The notes beneath the pieces are model-generated. The model saw only the letters and a list, made by a program, of their open reading frames with translations, was not told where the DNA came from and searched no databases. A DNA stretch of 64,000 bases from an uncultured Methanosarcinales archaeon (GTDB taxonomy: Archaea; Nanobdellota; Nanobdellia; Woesearchaeales; CAYSVS01): contig CAZPRK010000003.1 of assembly GCA_964589485.1 (NCBI GenBank), positions 1 through 64,000 of the forward strand, given 5' to 3'. The translations under genes and the position numbers were made by a program. This document shows positions 29,494 to 38,989 of this stretch, one piece after another (position 1 is the stretch's first letter; the number at the start of each line of letters is the position of its first letter).

Positions 29494-30168
29494 ATGGCAT
29501 TATTTGGCAACAATGAAGAAGAACAAGCACCGCCACCAAGCGGTCCACCAACTGACTTAGTTCTAAAAATGAGAAGTCAAGGATATAGTAATAATCAAAT
29601 AGTACAAAGTTTACAAAGAGAAGGTTACAAGAGCCATGATATTTTTGATGCAATGAATCAAGCAGATATTAAAGGAAATGTTGCACCAGTAAACTCAGAG
29701 AATCCATCTATGGCACAACCTGAAAATGAAATGACTATGACTCAGCCTCCAATGCAAGAAAGTGAAATGATGAGTCAACCTCCAATGCCAACAATGAATC
29801 AAGCTCAACAATTTGAACAACCAACTAGCATTTCAAATGATAAAGAACAAATGGAAGAAGTAGTTGAAACTATAATTGCCGAAAAATGGGAAGAATTAGT
29901 TAAAGATGTGAAAAAAATTGTTGATTGGAAAGAAAGTACAGAAAAAAAAATGACACAAATTGATTTACAAATAAAAAATATTACTGAAAATTTTGATAAG
30001 TTGCATAAAGGCGTTCTAGGTAAAATAAGTGAATATGATGAAGGATTAACAAATGTTGGAACTGAAATTAAAGCTTTAGAAAAAGTTTTCCAGAAAATAT
30101 TACCAACATTTACTGAAAATGTTAATGAACTAAGTAGAATTACTTCTAGTATGAATAAGAAAAAATAA
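29494..30168 (+). CDS. hypothetical protein: helical GY module, P/M/Q-rich linker, coiled coil
   Basis: MRSQGYSNNQIVQSLQREGY N-domain; low-complexity linker; EEVVETIIAEKWEEL coiled coil. Confidence 0.78.
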   Translation: MALFGNNEEEQAPPPSGPPTDLVLKMRSQGYSNNQIVQSLQREGYKSHDIFDAMNQADIKGNVAPVNSENPSMAQPENEMTMTQPPMQESEMMSQPPMPTMNQAQQFEQPTSISNDKEQMEEVVETIIAEKWEELVKDVKKIVDWKESTEKKMTQIDLQIKNITENFDKLHKGVLGKISEYDEGLTNVGTEIKALEKVFQKILPTFTENVNELSRITSSMNKKK

Positions 30169-30170
30169 AA

Positions 30171-30731
30171 TTATCTTTGTGGTTTTACAGTTTCTCCTGC
30201 AAGAAGTTTTATTGTAAAAACTCCAACAAGACTAATAAAAATTAACCCAATTACTTTTGGATGAAAAAATGCACTCCATGCAGCAGCTTCAAAACCATCT
30301 CCATCTTGAGTATCGTCAGTTATAGGGCTTAAATCAGGTCCATAAACTGCACCTAAACCAACAACTAGCACTAAGCTAGAAATTATAATAACCCAATAAG
30401 GAATAGTCTTATCGTCTCCATGCTTACCACCCATTAAGGTTTGTCTAATGTCTTCATCTGTTGCTCCAAACATTTTGAAAAGCATCAACATTAACATTAA
30501 AAATATAAAAAGAAGAACAAACCAAGGTGTAATAAATTTAACTACTAATATTGCCTTACTTGATAACATTAATAAAACTCCAGAAACTAAACCAATTATA
30601 GCATTAATAGATGCATTTTCGCTAACAAATTTAGTTTTTTGTAACAATGCATAAACTAAAACTGTAGCTAAAATAAAAGGAAAGATAACTTCAAAATATT
30701 CAAATAACCCAATATCTAAAGCATTAGCCAT
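30171..30731 (-). CDS. membrane protein (paralogue 3)
   Basis: About 5 TM; IFPFILATVLVYALLQKT motif. Confidence 0.8.
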   Translation of the reverse strand: MANALDIGLFEYFEVIFPFILATVLVYALLQKTKFVSENASINAIIGLVSGVLLMLSSKAILVVKFITPWFVLLFIFLMLMLMLFKMFGATDEDIRQTLMGGKHGDDKTIPYWVIIISSLVLVVGLGAVYGPDLSPITDDTQDGDGFEAAAWSAFFHPKVIGLIFISLVGVFTIKLLAGETVKPQR

Positions 30732-30733
30732 TC

Positions 30734-31312
30734 TTATTTAGCCCCGCCGAAATATTCTCCTACATCGCGAATTCTATCTAAGACTTTAGTTTTCTCACCT
30801 TTACCTGGTTCAGCAGTAATGTACCAAACCAAAATTGCGAAAACTAAAATTATTATTACTAAAGTAAGAGTATCATCATCTATATAATCTGAAACATAAA
30901 AATCTCCCCAACCTGCAGCACTACCAAAAACAACAACTATTGCAATAAATGCCAGTATGGCCATCCAACCTGAAAGAGATGCACCGATCCATTTTGTTTG
31001 AGCACCAAAAACACCAACTATTATTAAAAAAGATATAGCCGCTATTGCTAACAATGAAATGCTTGGAAGTGCACTATTAATTATTTCTACTGCATCATAC
31101 CCTTGAGGGTAATCTCCAGTAGTATGAGGAATAACTACAGTTAAAGCAATAACTAAAGCTACAACCACACTAAAATTCCTTTTATCTTTTCCTAAAATTT
31201 CACTTTTCTCAAGAACAGCAAAAATTATAGTAAAGATAAGTAAAAACGGTAATAATACATCAGTAAATCCGTAACTTTCCAATTGATAAATTATTTCTTG
31301 ATATGTAGCCAT
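30734..31312 (-). CDS. membrane protein (paralogue 2)
   Basis: About 5 TM; GFTDVLLPFLLIFTIIFAVLEKSEILG; GAGGTG SD. Confidence 0.8.
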   Translation of the reverse strand: MATYQEIIYQLESYGFTDVLLPFLLIFTIIFAVLEKSEILGKDKRNFSVVVALVIALTVVIPHTTGDYPQGYDAVEIINSALPSISLLAIAAISFLIIVGVFGAQTKWIGASLSGWMAILAFIAIVVVFGSAAGWGDFYVSDYIDDDTLTLVIIILVFAILVWYITAEPGKGEKTKVLDRIRDVGEYFGGAK

Positions 31313-31323
31313 AATAACACCTC

Positions 31324-31902
31324 TTAATCTGATTTAGTTGGTTTAGAGCTAGTGCCCTCACCTTTTACAATATACAACATAAACAAAACTATTACTATAA
31401 TTAAAATTATTGATCCTGCTAAATTTGATGACCAATTATCTGTTAAATAAGACCAGAACCATTCTAACCAACTTTTATTATTTTCAGTTCTAATCGCGTG
31501 AAGAAAAATTAAAACAATTCCTATAAACATTATAACCATAGCAAAATATCTTTGTGCTCCTTCTAATACAACTTCTTCTTTTTCTTTAAAGAAAACACCT
31601 ATCAATAATAAAAAACCAATTCCCAATAATAGTAATACTACAATATTTGCCATTGCTTCATTAATAGTAGCAACTAATCTTGAAGAAGCCACAACTAAAA
31701 ATGCTATTGTAAAAGCAACCATTGCATTTAAATTTTTCTTACTATAAGGTCGATCTTCAATCATGTCTGACCCTAATATTCTTGTTTTTTCTAAAATTGC
31801 AAAAACAATTGTAAAAACTAAAATAAATGGTAAAACTACATCGTAAATCCCTATATCATCAAAGAATTCAATTATGCCTCTAAATACACTCTCTTTTGCC
31901 AT
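31324..31902 (-). CDS. membrane protein (paralogue 1)
   Basis: About 5 TM; GIYDVVLPFILVFTIVFAILEKTRILG. Confidence 0.8.
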   Translation of the reverse strand: MAKESVFRGIIEFFDDIGIYDVVLPFILVFTIVFAILEKTRILGSDMIEDRPYSKKNLNAMVAFTIAFLVVASSRLVATINEAMANIVVLLLLGIGFLLLIGVFFKEKEEVVLEGAQRYFAMVIMFIGIVLIFLHAIRTENNKSWLEWFWSYLTDNWSSNLAGSIILIIVIVLFMLYIVKGEGTSSKPTKSD

Positions 31903-32004
31903 TAATGATATTATTTTAAATTGAATATATAAAAGTTTCTATTTTCATAAACTATATATACAACTTTAATATAACAAAATAAAAAACAATGGAGTGTGTT
32001 TATT

Positions 32005-32307
32005 ATGAATGAAGAAGAAGTTACTAAAGAAAGTTTAGGTGAAGAAGAAAAAAAAGAAGTAGATTTTGAAACAGGAAATAAGGAAGCTGACGTATATTCT
32101 GATGAAGGTTTAGAAAGTTTACAAGAAGATGATGAAATCTCTCCAGAAGAAGAAGGATTCATGGAAGGAGAAAGACATGGAGACAAAAATGCTAAATGTG
32201 CAAAGTGTGAAAAAATATTTGATGAAACCGATAATGTCTTTGAAAGAGATGTTAATGGACAAATATTAAAGTTTTGTTCACAAAAATGTGATGAAGAGTA
32301 TGAATGA
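32005..32307 (+). CDS. acidic protein with C-terminal TRASH/YHS-like zinc finger
   Basis: E/D-rich N-terminus; CAKC...FCSQKC; ATGA overlap with rnhB. Confidence 0.75.
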   Translation: MNEEEVTKESLGEEEKKEVDFETGNKEADVYSDEGLESLQEDDEISPEEEGFMEGERHGDKNAKCAKCEKIFDETDNVFERDVNGQILKFCSQKCDEEYE

Positions 32308-32957
32308 AAACTAAGATAATTTGCGGTATAGAAGAAGCCGGTCGTGGTCCTGTCATCGGTCCAATGATCATGGTAGGTTGTACCATTAAAGCAAAAGATG
32401 AACAATTATTAAAAAAAATAGGAGTAAAAGATAGTAAATTATTATCTCATTTACAAAGAAAAGAACTATTTAATAAAATAATTGCATTAGTTGATTATGA
32501 AATTTCAATATTATCTCCTTCTATAATAGATTCTGCTTTAAAGGATTCTAGTATGAATTTAAACAAATTGGAAGCTTTAACTTCTGCTAAAATCATTAAT
32601 AAATTAAAACCCGATTCAGTTATAGTTGATTGTCCTGCAAAAGATACTGCTGGTTATGCTTCATTAATTGTTGAACATTTAGATAAAAAAATTAAAGTTA
32701 TTGCTGAACATAAAGCTGACGTTAATTACCCAATAGTTTCAGCAGCTTCAATTTTAGCAAAAGTAACTAGAGATGAAGAAATAGAAAAGTTACATAAAGA
32801 GTTTAATGTAGATTTTGGTTCAGGATATCCAAGTGATGAAAAAACTCAAGAGTTTGTTAAGAAACATTACCAAGATTATAATTTTTTTAGAAAAACTTGG
32901 CAAACTTATAAGAACGTTGTTGATGGTAAAAAACAAAAGAAATTATTTGATTTTTGA
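32304..32957 (+). CDS. rnhB: ribonuclease HII
   Basis: GIEEAGRGPVIGP, GVKDSK, HKAD, VSAASILAKVTRD, GSGYPSD, C-terminal PIP box QKKLFDF. Confidence 0.95.
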   Translation: MKTKIICGIEEAGRGPVIGPMIMVGCTIKAKDEQLLKKIGVKDSKLLSHLQRKELFNKIIALVDYEISILSPSIIDSALKDSSMNLNKLEALTSAKIINKLKPDSVIVDCPAKDTAGYASLIVEHLDKKIKVIAEHKADVNYPIVSAASILAKVTRDEEIEKLHKEFNVDFGSGYPSDEKTQEFVKKHYQDYNFFRKTWQTYKNVVDGKKQKKLFDF

Positions 32958-32993
32958 GATAGATTTTTATAGTTCAATAATTAATTTCTAATC

Positions 32994-33809
32994 ATGCCTA
33001 CATTCAAAAATGTTAAAAAAAAAGAGTTAGAAGTTTTACAAAATTTAGGATATTATTTTGATGACGTTAAAACTCAATATGAAATAACTCGAATGAAAGG
33101 AAAATGTACACTAGTTTTATTTAATTCTAATAAATTATTTGTACAAGGAAAAGAAAACGAAGTTAAAGAATTAGTTTCTTTTTTGATAGAGAAAAAAATA
33201 GGAGAATACGTTAAACCCATTGACTTTGTAGAAGAAAAAGGTGTAATAATAGGAACAGATGAGGCCATGAAAGGTGATACTTTCGGTGGAATTATTGTTG
33301 CAGGAGTTAAAGCAAACAAAGTTACTCGAGAGAGCTTAAAACTAATAGGCGTTGCTGATTCTAAAAAAATAAAAGATGAAGATATTGCTTCAATTGCAAA
33401 AAGAATTAAAGAAGTTTGTTCTCATCATATAATTTCTTTATCTGCAAATCAATATAATATTTTAATTGAAGAATTAGGGAGTGTAACAAAATTACTTAAC
33501 AGAATGCATCAACAATGCATAGATAAATTAGATTTTCATGACTTGGCTATCGTAGATAAATACCCTGGATGTCAAGTTAATGCTACAGCTTTAACTAAAG
33601 CAGAAAGTAAGTATATAGAAGTTGCAGCAGCTAGTATTTTAGCAAGGTTTGAAACTCTAAAACAATTTAAAAAAATGTCTAAAGAATTAAAATTTGAAGT
33701 TCCTAAAGGAAGTACAAATGTTAAAGAAGGTTTAATGCAAATTCCTAAAGATAAATTCAAGAAATATGTTAAATTACATTTTAGAAATGTTCAAAATTTT
33801 TGCTCTTAA
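32994..33809 (+). CDS. rnhC: ribonuclease HIII-like protein
   Basis: N-terminal TBP-like segment (LVLFNSNKLFVQGK), IGTDEAMKGDTFG, GVADSKK, KAES, VAAASILAR, PKGS, KLHF. Confidence 0.82.
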   Translation: MPTFKNVKKKELEVLQNLGYYFDDVKTQYEITRMKGKCTLVLFNSNKLFVQGKENEVKELVSFLIEKKIGEYVKPIDFVEEKGVIIGTDEAMKGDTFGGIIVAGVKANKVTRESLKLIGVADSKKIKDEDIASIAKRIKEVCSHHIISLSANQYNILIEELGSVTKLLNRMHQQCIDKLDFHDLAIVDKYPGCQVNATALTKAESKYIEVAAASILARFETLKQFKKMSKELKFEVPKGSTNVKEGLMQIPKDKFKKYVKLHFRNVQNFCS

Positions 33810-33892
33810 CTTGAGAATACTATATATATTAATTAAATATTTTTATCAATCATCCGCAAACTATATAAATAGAATATAATCTTAATATAATA

Positions 33893-36800
33893 ATGACTCT
33901 GATTAAAAGAATGGCTATGCGTGGATTTAAATCCTTTGCTAAACGTACAGAGTTTGTATTTGAAAATAAATTCAATTGTATTCTTGGGCCAAATGGAAGC
34001 GGAAAGTGTGTAACTGGGGATACATTAGTACAATTATCCGATGGTAGTCAAATAAAAATAAAAGATTTAATTGATAAAAATATCGATAAAGGTGTTATTG
34101 AAAAACTTGAAGATGGAGTTATTTCTTACAATAATAATGCAAAAATTTTATGTCTTGATACAAATACATTAAAAGTCGTAGAAAAAAATGTAAAAGCTTT
34201 TGTTAAACGTACAAGCCCAAAAAATTTAATGAAAATTACTACTTCGAGTGGTAAGAATATAACAGCTACAAAGTATCATCCTTTATTTGTGTTGAAAGAC
34301 GGTAAAATAAGAAGTATAAAGTCAGAAGAATTAAAAGAAGGAGAAAAAATAGCTATTCCAAGAAATATAAATATCAAACCAAAAAATAAAATATTTCATG
34401 AATTGTTAGATGAAATTAAAGTAAAAGATAAACTATATGTTCCATATGATGAAAAAACATTTGAAAAATTAAAAATCAAAACATGGAAAAAAATATCTAA
34501 TGAAACAAAAATTCCATATTTAGCATTAAAAGGTTACAAAGATAAACAATCAATTAATTTTACATATTTAGTTAAATTACTTAGATATAATCAAATTAAA
34601 GATAATGAAATAATTTCGTTAATACCTAAAGTTAAAGGTAAAACAAGTAGTATTAAGTACAAAATTCCTTGGGAAAATTCACCTGAATTTAGTAGATTTC
34701 TTGGTTATTTAATAGCAGAAGGAAGATTAACTGAAAGTAATCAAATATGGTTTACAAATGGTCAAGAAAACATTATAAAAGATTATCATTCCTTAATTCA
34801 GACAATATTTGGATTAAAAGCTACAATAAATGAATATAAACAAAATTGTTGGGATGTTTTAGCATATTCTAACCCTATTATTACTATTCTCAAAAAGTTT
34901 GGCATGGGCGAAACTAAAAATAAATCCATAAGTAATATTTTCATTAAGCATTCTTCAAATGAAAATTTTTGGCAATTGATAAACGGTTTATACTCAGGAG
35001 ATGGTTATGTTTCTAAAAATAGCATAGAATTAGTTACAAAAAGCCCACAATTAGCACAAGATGTTGCTACAATTTTTTTAAGGTTAGGAATTATTACAAA
35101 TACAAAAGATATAGTAAAAATTGCAACAAATTCAGGCTTTTCTGGAAAGTATAAACAAATAAATATTTATGGAACAAATAATTTTACTAAATTTAAAGAA
35201 AATTTTGAATTTGCTCATGAACTCAAAAGAAATAGAATAAATGAATGGGTTCCAAAAAAAGCAAATCCAAATAAAGATTTAATAGAAGTTAATTCACTTG
35301 TTAAAAAAATATCTAACGATATAGGTCTTAATATTAAACAATTAAGAAAAGAATATCCTAAATTAGATGCATATTGTTATAATCAATGTACGCCTTCTAG
35401 AGCAGGTGTTCAGCAGTTATTAACTCTATTCAAAAAGAAAACAAAGCAAAAAACAAAAGAAATGCAAATGCTTGAACTATTTGTTAACTCAGATATATTT
35501 TGGGATGAAATAACTTCTATTGAACAAATAGAATCAAACGAGGAATGGGTATATGACTTATGTGTTGAAGAACATCATAATTTCATAGCTAACAACTTTT
35601 TTGTACACAATAGTAATGTTTTAGATTCTTTATGTTTCGTACTAGGAAGAGGAAGTGCAAAGTCAATGCGAGCAGAAAAATCTTCCAATTTAATTTATAA
35701 TGGAGGAAAAAGTAAAAATCCTGCAAAAGATGGTGAAGTTTCTATTGTTTTTGATAATAGCGAAAAAATATTTCCTATTGAAGCAGATGAAGTTAAAATT
35801 ACTAGAATAATTAAAAGATCTGGACAAAGTGTTTACAGAATAAATGATCAAAATTCAACTAGACAAGGAATATTAGATTTACTAAGTCATGGTAATATTG
35901 ACCCAGATGGATATAATATAATTCTTCAAGGAGATATTGTTAAATTTGTAGAAATGTCAGGCGTAGAAAGAAGACAAACAATGGAAGGCATATCAGGAAT
36001 TGGAGTATATGAAGAAAGAAAATTAAAAGCATTAAGAGATTTAGAAAAAGTTGATGATAAATTAAATGAAGCTGAAATTATACTTACTGAAAGAAATTCT
36101 TACCTAAAAGAATTAAAAAAAGAAAGAGATCAAGCCCTTAAATTTAAAGAATTAAAAGATAAATTGGGAAGTAATAAAGCAACTTTATTAAATATTCAAA
36201 TTACTAGAAAAAATTCAGAAAAAGAAAAATTCGATAAAGAAATTGGTGAGTCAAAACAAACCTTTGAAACGTTAGAAAAAGAAGTAAATTCTCTTAAACA
36301 AAATTTAGTTGATTTAAGATCTAAGTCTGAGAAAATTAGTAAAGAAATTGAACAAAAAGGAGAAAAGGAACAAGTAGAAATCCATAAACAAGTTGAACAA
36401 TTAAAAATAGATTTAGCAACAAACAATAGCAGAATAGATAACTTAAACAATGAAATTCAACGTGTAAATCAAAGAAAATTAGAACTAAAGGCAGAATTAA
36501 ATGCATTTAAAGATAGAAGTAATGATTTAGTTCAAGAAAAATCAAGGTTAGATAAATTAAAAATACAGAGAGAAAAAGATTTAAATCACGTTCAAAATGA
36601 AATAGATAAATTTAGACAAAAAAATAAAATATCAGATGCTTCAGATATAGATTCAGAAATTGATAATCTTGATAAAAATGCAGAAAATAATCAAAAAAAT
36701 ATTAATCTAATAAGAGAAAAACAACAAGAATTTTTCAGAGAAAGAGATAAAATTGAATATTTAATTCAAAATTTAGATGATAAAATTGCAAAAGTAATGG

Positions 36801-38989
36801 AAATTTCTAAAGAACATAAAAGTGAAATTAAAAATTTACAAAACATGAAAGAAAGGTTCAAAAAAGCTACATTGGATTTAAATAAATCTCTTACAGAAGA
36901 TAGTAGCTTTGCTGCAAAAATAGGAGATGCTAGAAAAAGAATGAACATTGCATCCGAAAAGTTACATAAATTACAAGCAAAACAAAATTCTATTCACCAT
37001 TATGCATCTGCAGACATGGCATTAAAAAAAATATTAGAGCTTAAGAATAAAATAAATGGAATTTATGGAACTGTCTCTGAGTTAGGAAAAGTATCTAAGA
37101 AATATAGTACTGCTTTAGAAATAGCTGCAGGAAATAAAATAAAGAATATAGTTGTTGAAAATGATAAAGTTGCATCTGAATGCATAGATTACTTGAAAAA
37201 GAATAAATTAGGAGTTGCTACATTCATTCCTTTAAATAAAATAAGGTCAGCAATTAAAAGACCGGAAGTTGAGTCATTAGTGAAAAAGAACAGAGTTCAT
37301 GGAATGGGATTGGATTTAATATCATTCGATAGAAAATTCCAAGATGTATTTTCATATGTTTTTGGTAATATTTTAGTTGTTGATGATATTAATACTGCAA
37401 GAAACATTGGAATAGGAAAAGCTAAAATGGTTACTTTAGATGGAGATTTAGCTGATATTTCAGGAAGTATGAAAGGTGGATTTAGAACTAAATCTAGAGG
37501 TCTAGGGTTTACTGAAGAAGAAGTTGTTAAAGATTTAAGCACAACTGAAGCTGAAGTAGGTGAATTAAGTTCTATAATGTCAAGTTATGAAAGAAAAAGA
37601 ACAGATAATGAAAGTAAAATAATTAGCTTGAGAAAAGAAAAAGCTGAACTTGAAGGAGAAATAATAACAAAAGAAAAAAGTTTACATTTGGATTCAGGTG
37701 ACTTAGACGCAAGTAAAATGAAAAAAAATACTTTAAGAGAAGATTTAAAGAAAGTTGAAGATTCAATTAATGAAGTTCAAAGTGAAATATCGAAAATAAA
37801 TAGAGAATTAGCTACAAATAAAATAAAAAAACAAGAATTAAAAACAAAAGTAAACCAATTAAGAAATCCAAGAATTGTTGCAGAAATGAATGCATTTGAT
37901 GATAAAAAAACTAAACTTAAAGAAGACATTATACATATTGAAGCAGACCTTAGAAATCTTAACAACCAATTAGAAATAAGTAACCCTGAAAGTGATAAAA
38001 TTCAAAATATTTTAAAACAACACGACAAGGAGTTAGAAAAGTTTCAAGAAGAAATTAATAAATTAAATTCAAAAATAAGTGAAGATAAAGAAGATTTAAA
38101 GGTAAAAGAAAAACAAAGTAAAGAGTTCTATGCTAAATATAAACAACTGTTCAATGAAAGAAATAAACTTGCAGATGAAATGAATAAAGCTTCAAATAAT
38201 ATTGAAAGAAAAAGTGAAGAAAGTAGAAAAGTTGAAATTAAAATGAATACTCAAGGATTAGAAAACGCAAGAATCATAGCAGAATTAAGTGGATTAGAAC
38301 ATGAATTTAAAGAATTCAAAGATTATGAACTATACACTAATAAGTCAGAAAGTCAACTTAAATCCGAAGTAGATAAATTTGAAAGATTAGCTTCAGATAT
38401 GGGTGCAGTAAATATGAAAGCATTAGAAATTTATGATAAAGTTGAACTTGAATATAATTCACTTATTGAAAAAAGAAATAAATTAGGCGAAGAAAAAGAT
38501 GACGTTCTTGCATTAATAGATGAAATTGAAATTAAAAAGAAAGAAAAGTTCTTAGAAACATTTGAAGTAATAAATAATAACTTCAAAGATATTTTTAAAA
38601 ATATTTCAACCAAAGGAGAAGCATTTTTAAAATTAGACAATCCCGAAAATCCGTTTGATGATGGAGTGAGAGTTTTAGTAAGGTTATCTGGGACAAAATT
38701 TATGGATATACGAAGTTTATCTGGCGGAGAAAAAACTATGACTGCATTAGCTTTTATTTTCGCTATACAAGAACATGACCCTCATAGTTTTTATGTGTTA
38801 GATGAAGTTGATGCAGCATTAGATAAAAGAAATGCAGAAACTTTAGCTAAATTAATTAGACAATATGTTCACAGAGCTCAATATGTTGTTATTAGCCATA
38901 ATGATGCAATGATCTCAGAAGCAGATAACTTATACGGAGTTAGTATGAATGAACATGGAATGACTAATGTGACTAGTATTAAATTATGA
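33893..38989 (+). CDS. smc: chromosome segregation protein SMC (intein-containing precursor)
   Basis: GFKSF, GPNGSGK/SN, Q-loop ILQG, hinge, LSGGEK, LDEVDAALD, ISHN; 1163 aa after intein removal. Confidence 0.96.
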   Translation: MTLIKRMAMRGFKSFAKRTEFVFENKFNCILGPNGSGKCVTGDTLVQLSDGSQIKIKDLIDKNIDKGVIEKLEDGVISYNNNAKILCLDTNTLKVVEKNVKAFVKRTSPKNLMKITTSSGKNITATKYHPLFVLKDGKIRSIKSEELKEGEKIAIPRNINIKPKNKIFHELLDEIKVKDKLYVPYDEKTFEKLKIKTWKKISNETKIPYLALKGYKDKQSINFTYLVKLLRYNQIKDNEIISLIPKVKGKTSSIKYKIPWENSPEFSRFLGYLIAEGRLTESNQIWFTNGQENIIKDYHSLIQTIFGLKATINEYKQNCWDVLAYSNPIITILKKFGMGETKNKSISNIFIKHSSNENFWQLINGLYSGDGYVSKNSIELVTKSPQLAQDVATIFLRLGIITNTKDIVKIATNSGFSGKYKQINIYGTNNFTKFKENFEFAHELKRNRINEWVPKKANPNKDLIEVNSLVKKISNDIGLNIKQLRKEYPKLDAYCYNQCTPSRAGVQQLLTLFKKKTKQKTKEMQMLELFVNSDIFWDEITSIEQIESNEEWVYDLCVEEHHNFIANNFFVHNSNVLDSLCFVLGRGSAKSMRAEKSSNLIYNGGKSKNPAKDGEVSIVFDNSEKIFPIEADEVKITRIIKRSGQSVYRINDQNSTRQGILDLLSHGNIDPDGYNIILQGDIVKFVEMSGVERRQTMEGISGIGVYEERKLKALRDLEKVDDKLNEAEIILTERNSYLKELKKERDQALKFKELKDKLGSNKATLLNIQITRKNSEKEKFDKEIGESKQTFETLEKEVNSLKQNLVDLRSKSEKISKEIEQKGEKEQVEIHKQVEQLKIDLATNNSRIDNLNNEIQRVNQRKLELKAELNAFKDRSNDLVQEKSRLDKLKIQREKDLNHVQNEIDKFRQKNKISDASDIDSEIDNLDKNAENNQKNINLIREKQQEFFRERDKIEYLIQNLDDKIAKVMEISKEHKSEIKNLQNMKERFKKATLDLNKSLTEDSSFAAKIGDARKRMNIASEKLHKLQAKQNSIHHYASADMALKKILELKNKINGIYGTVSELGKVSKKYSTALEIAAGNKIKNIVVENDKVASECIDYLKKNKLGVATFIPLNKIRSAIKRPEVESLVKKNRVHGMGLDLISFDRKFQDVFSYVFGNILVVDDINTARNIGIGKAKMVTLDGDLADISGSMKGGFRTKSRGLGFTEEEVVKDLSTTEAEVGELSSIMSSYERKRTDNESKIISLRKEKAELEGEIITKEKSLHLDSGDLDASKMKKNTLREDLKKVEDSINEVQSEISKINRELATNKIKKQELKTKVNQLRNPRIVAEMNAFDDKKTKLKEDIIHIEADLRNLNNQLEISNPESDKIQNILKQHDKELEKFQEEINKLNSKISEDKEDLKVKEKQSKEFYAKYKQLFNERNKLADEMNKASNNIERKSEESRKVEIKMNTQGLENARIIAELSGLEHEFKEFKDYELYTNKSESQLKSEVDKFERLASDMGAVNMKALEIYDKVELEYNSLIEKRNKLGEEKDDVLALIDEIEIKKKEKFLETFEVINNNFKDIFKNISTKGEAFLKLDNPENPFDDGVRVLVRLSGTKFMDIRSLSGGEKTMTALAFIFAIQEHDPHSFYVLDEVDAALDKRNAETLAKLIRQYVHRAQYVVISHNDAMISEADNLYGVSMNEHGMTNVTSIKL
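34007..35611 (+). mobile_element. intein with LAGLIDADG homing endonuclease (535 aa)
   Basis: Starts CVTGDT directly after GSGK; block B TATKYHP; LGYLIAEG and NGLYSGDG; block F VYDLCVEEHHNF; ends HN followed by Ser+1. Confidence 0.95.

Noticed and set aside
29700..29830. Repeated atgactcagcctccaatg / atgagtcaacctccaatg
   Set aside because: Explained by the M/Q/P-rich coding linker, not a DNA-level element
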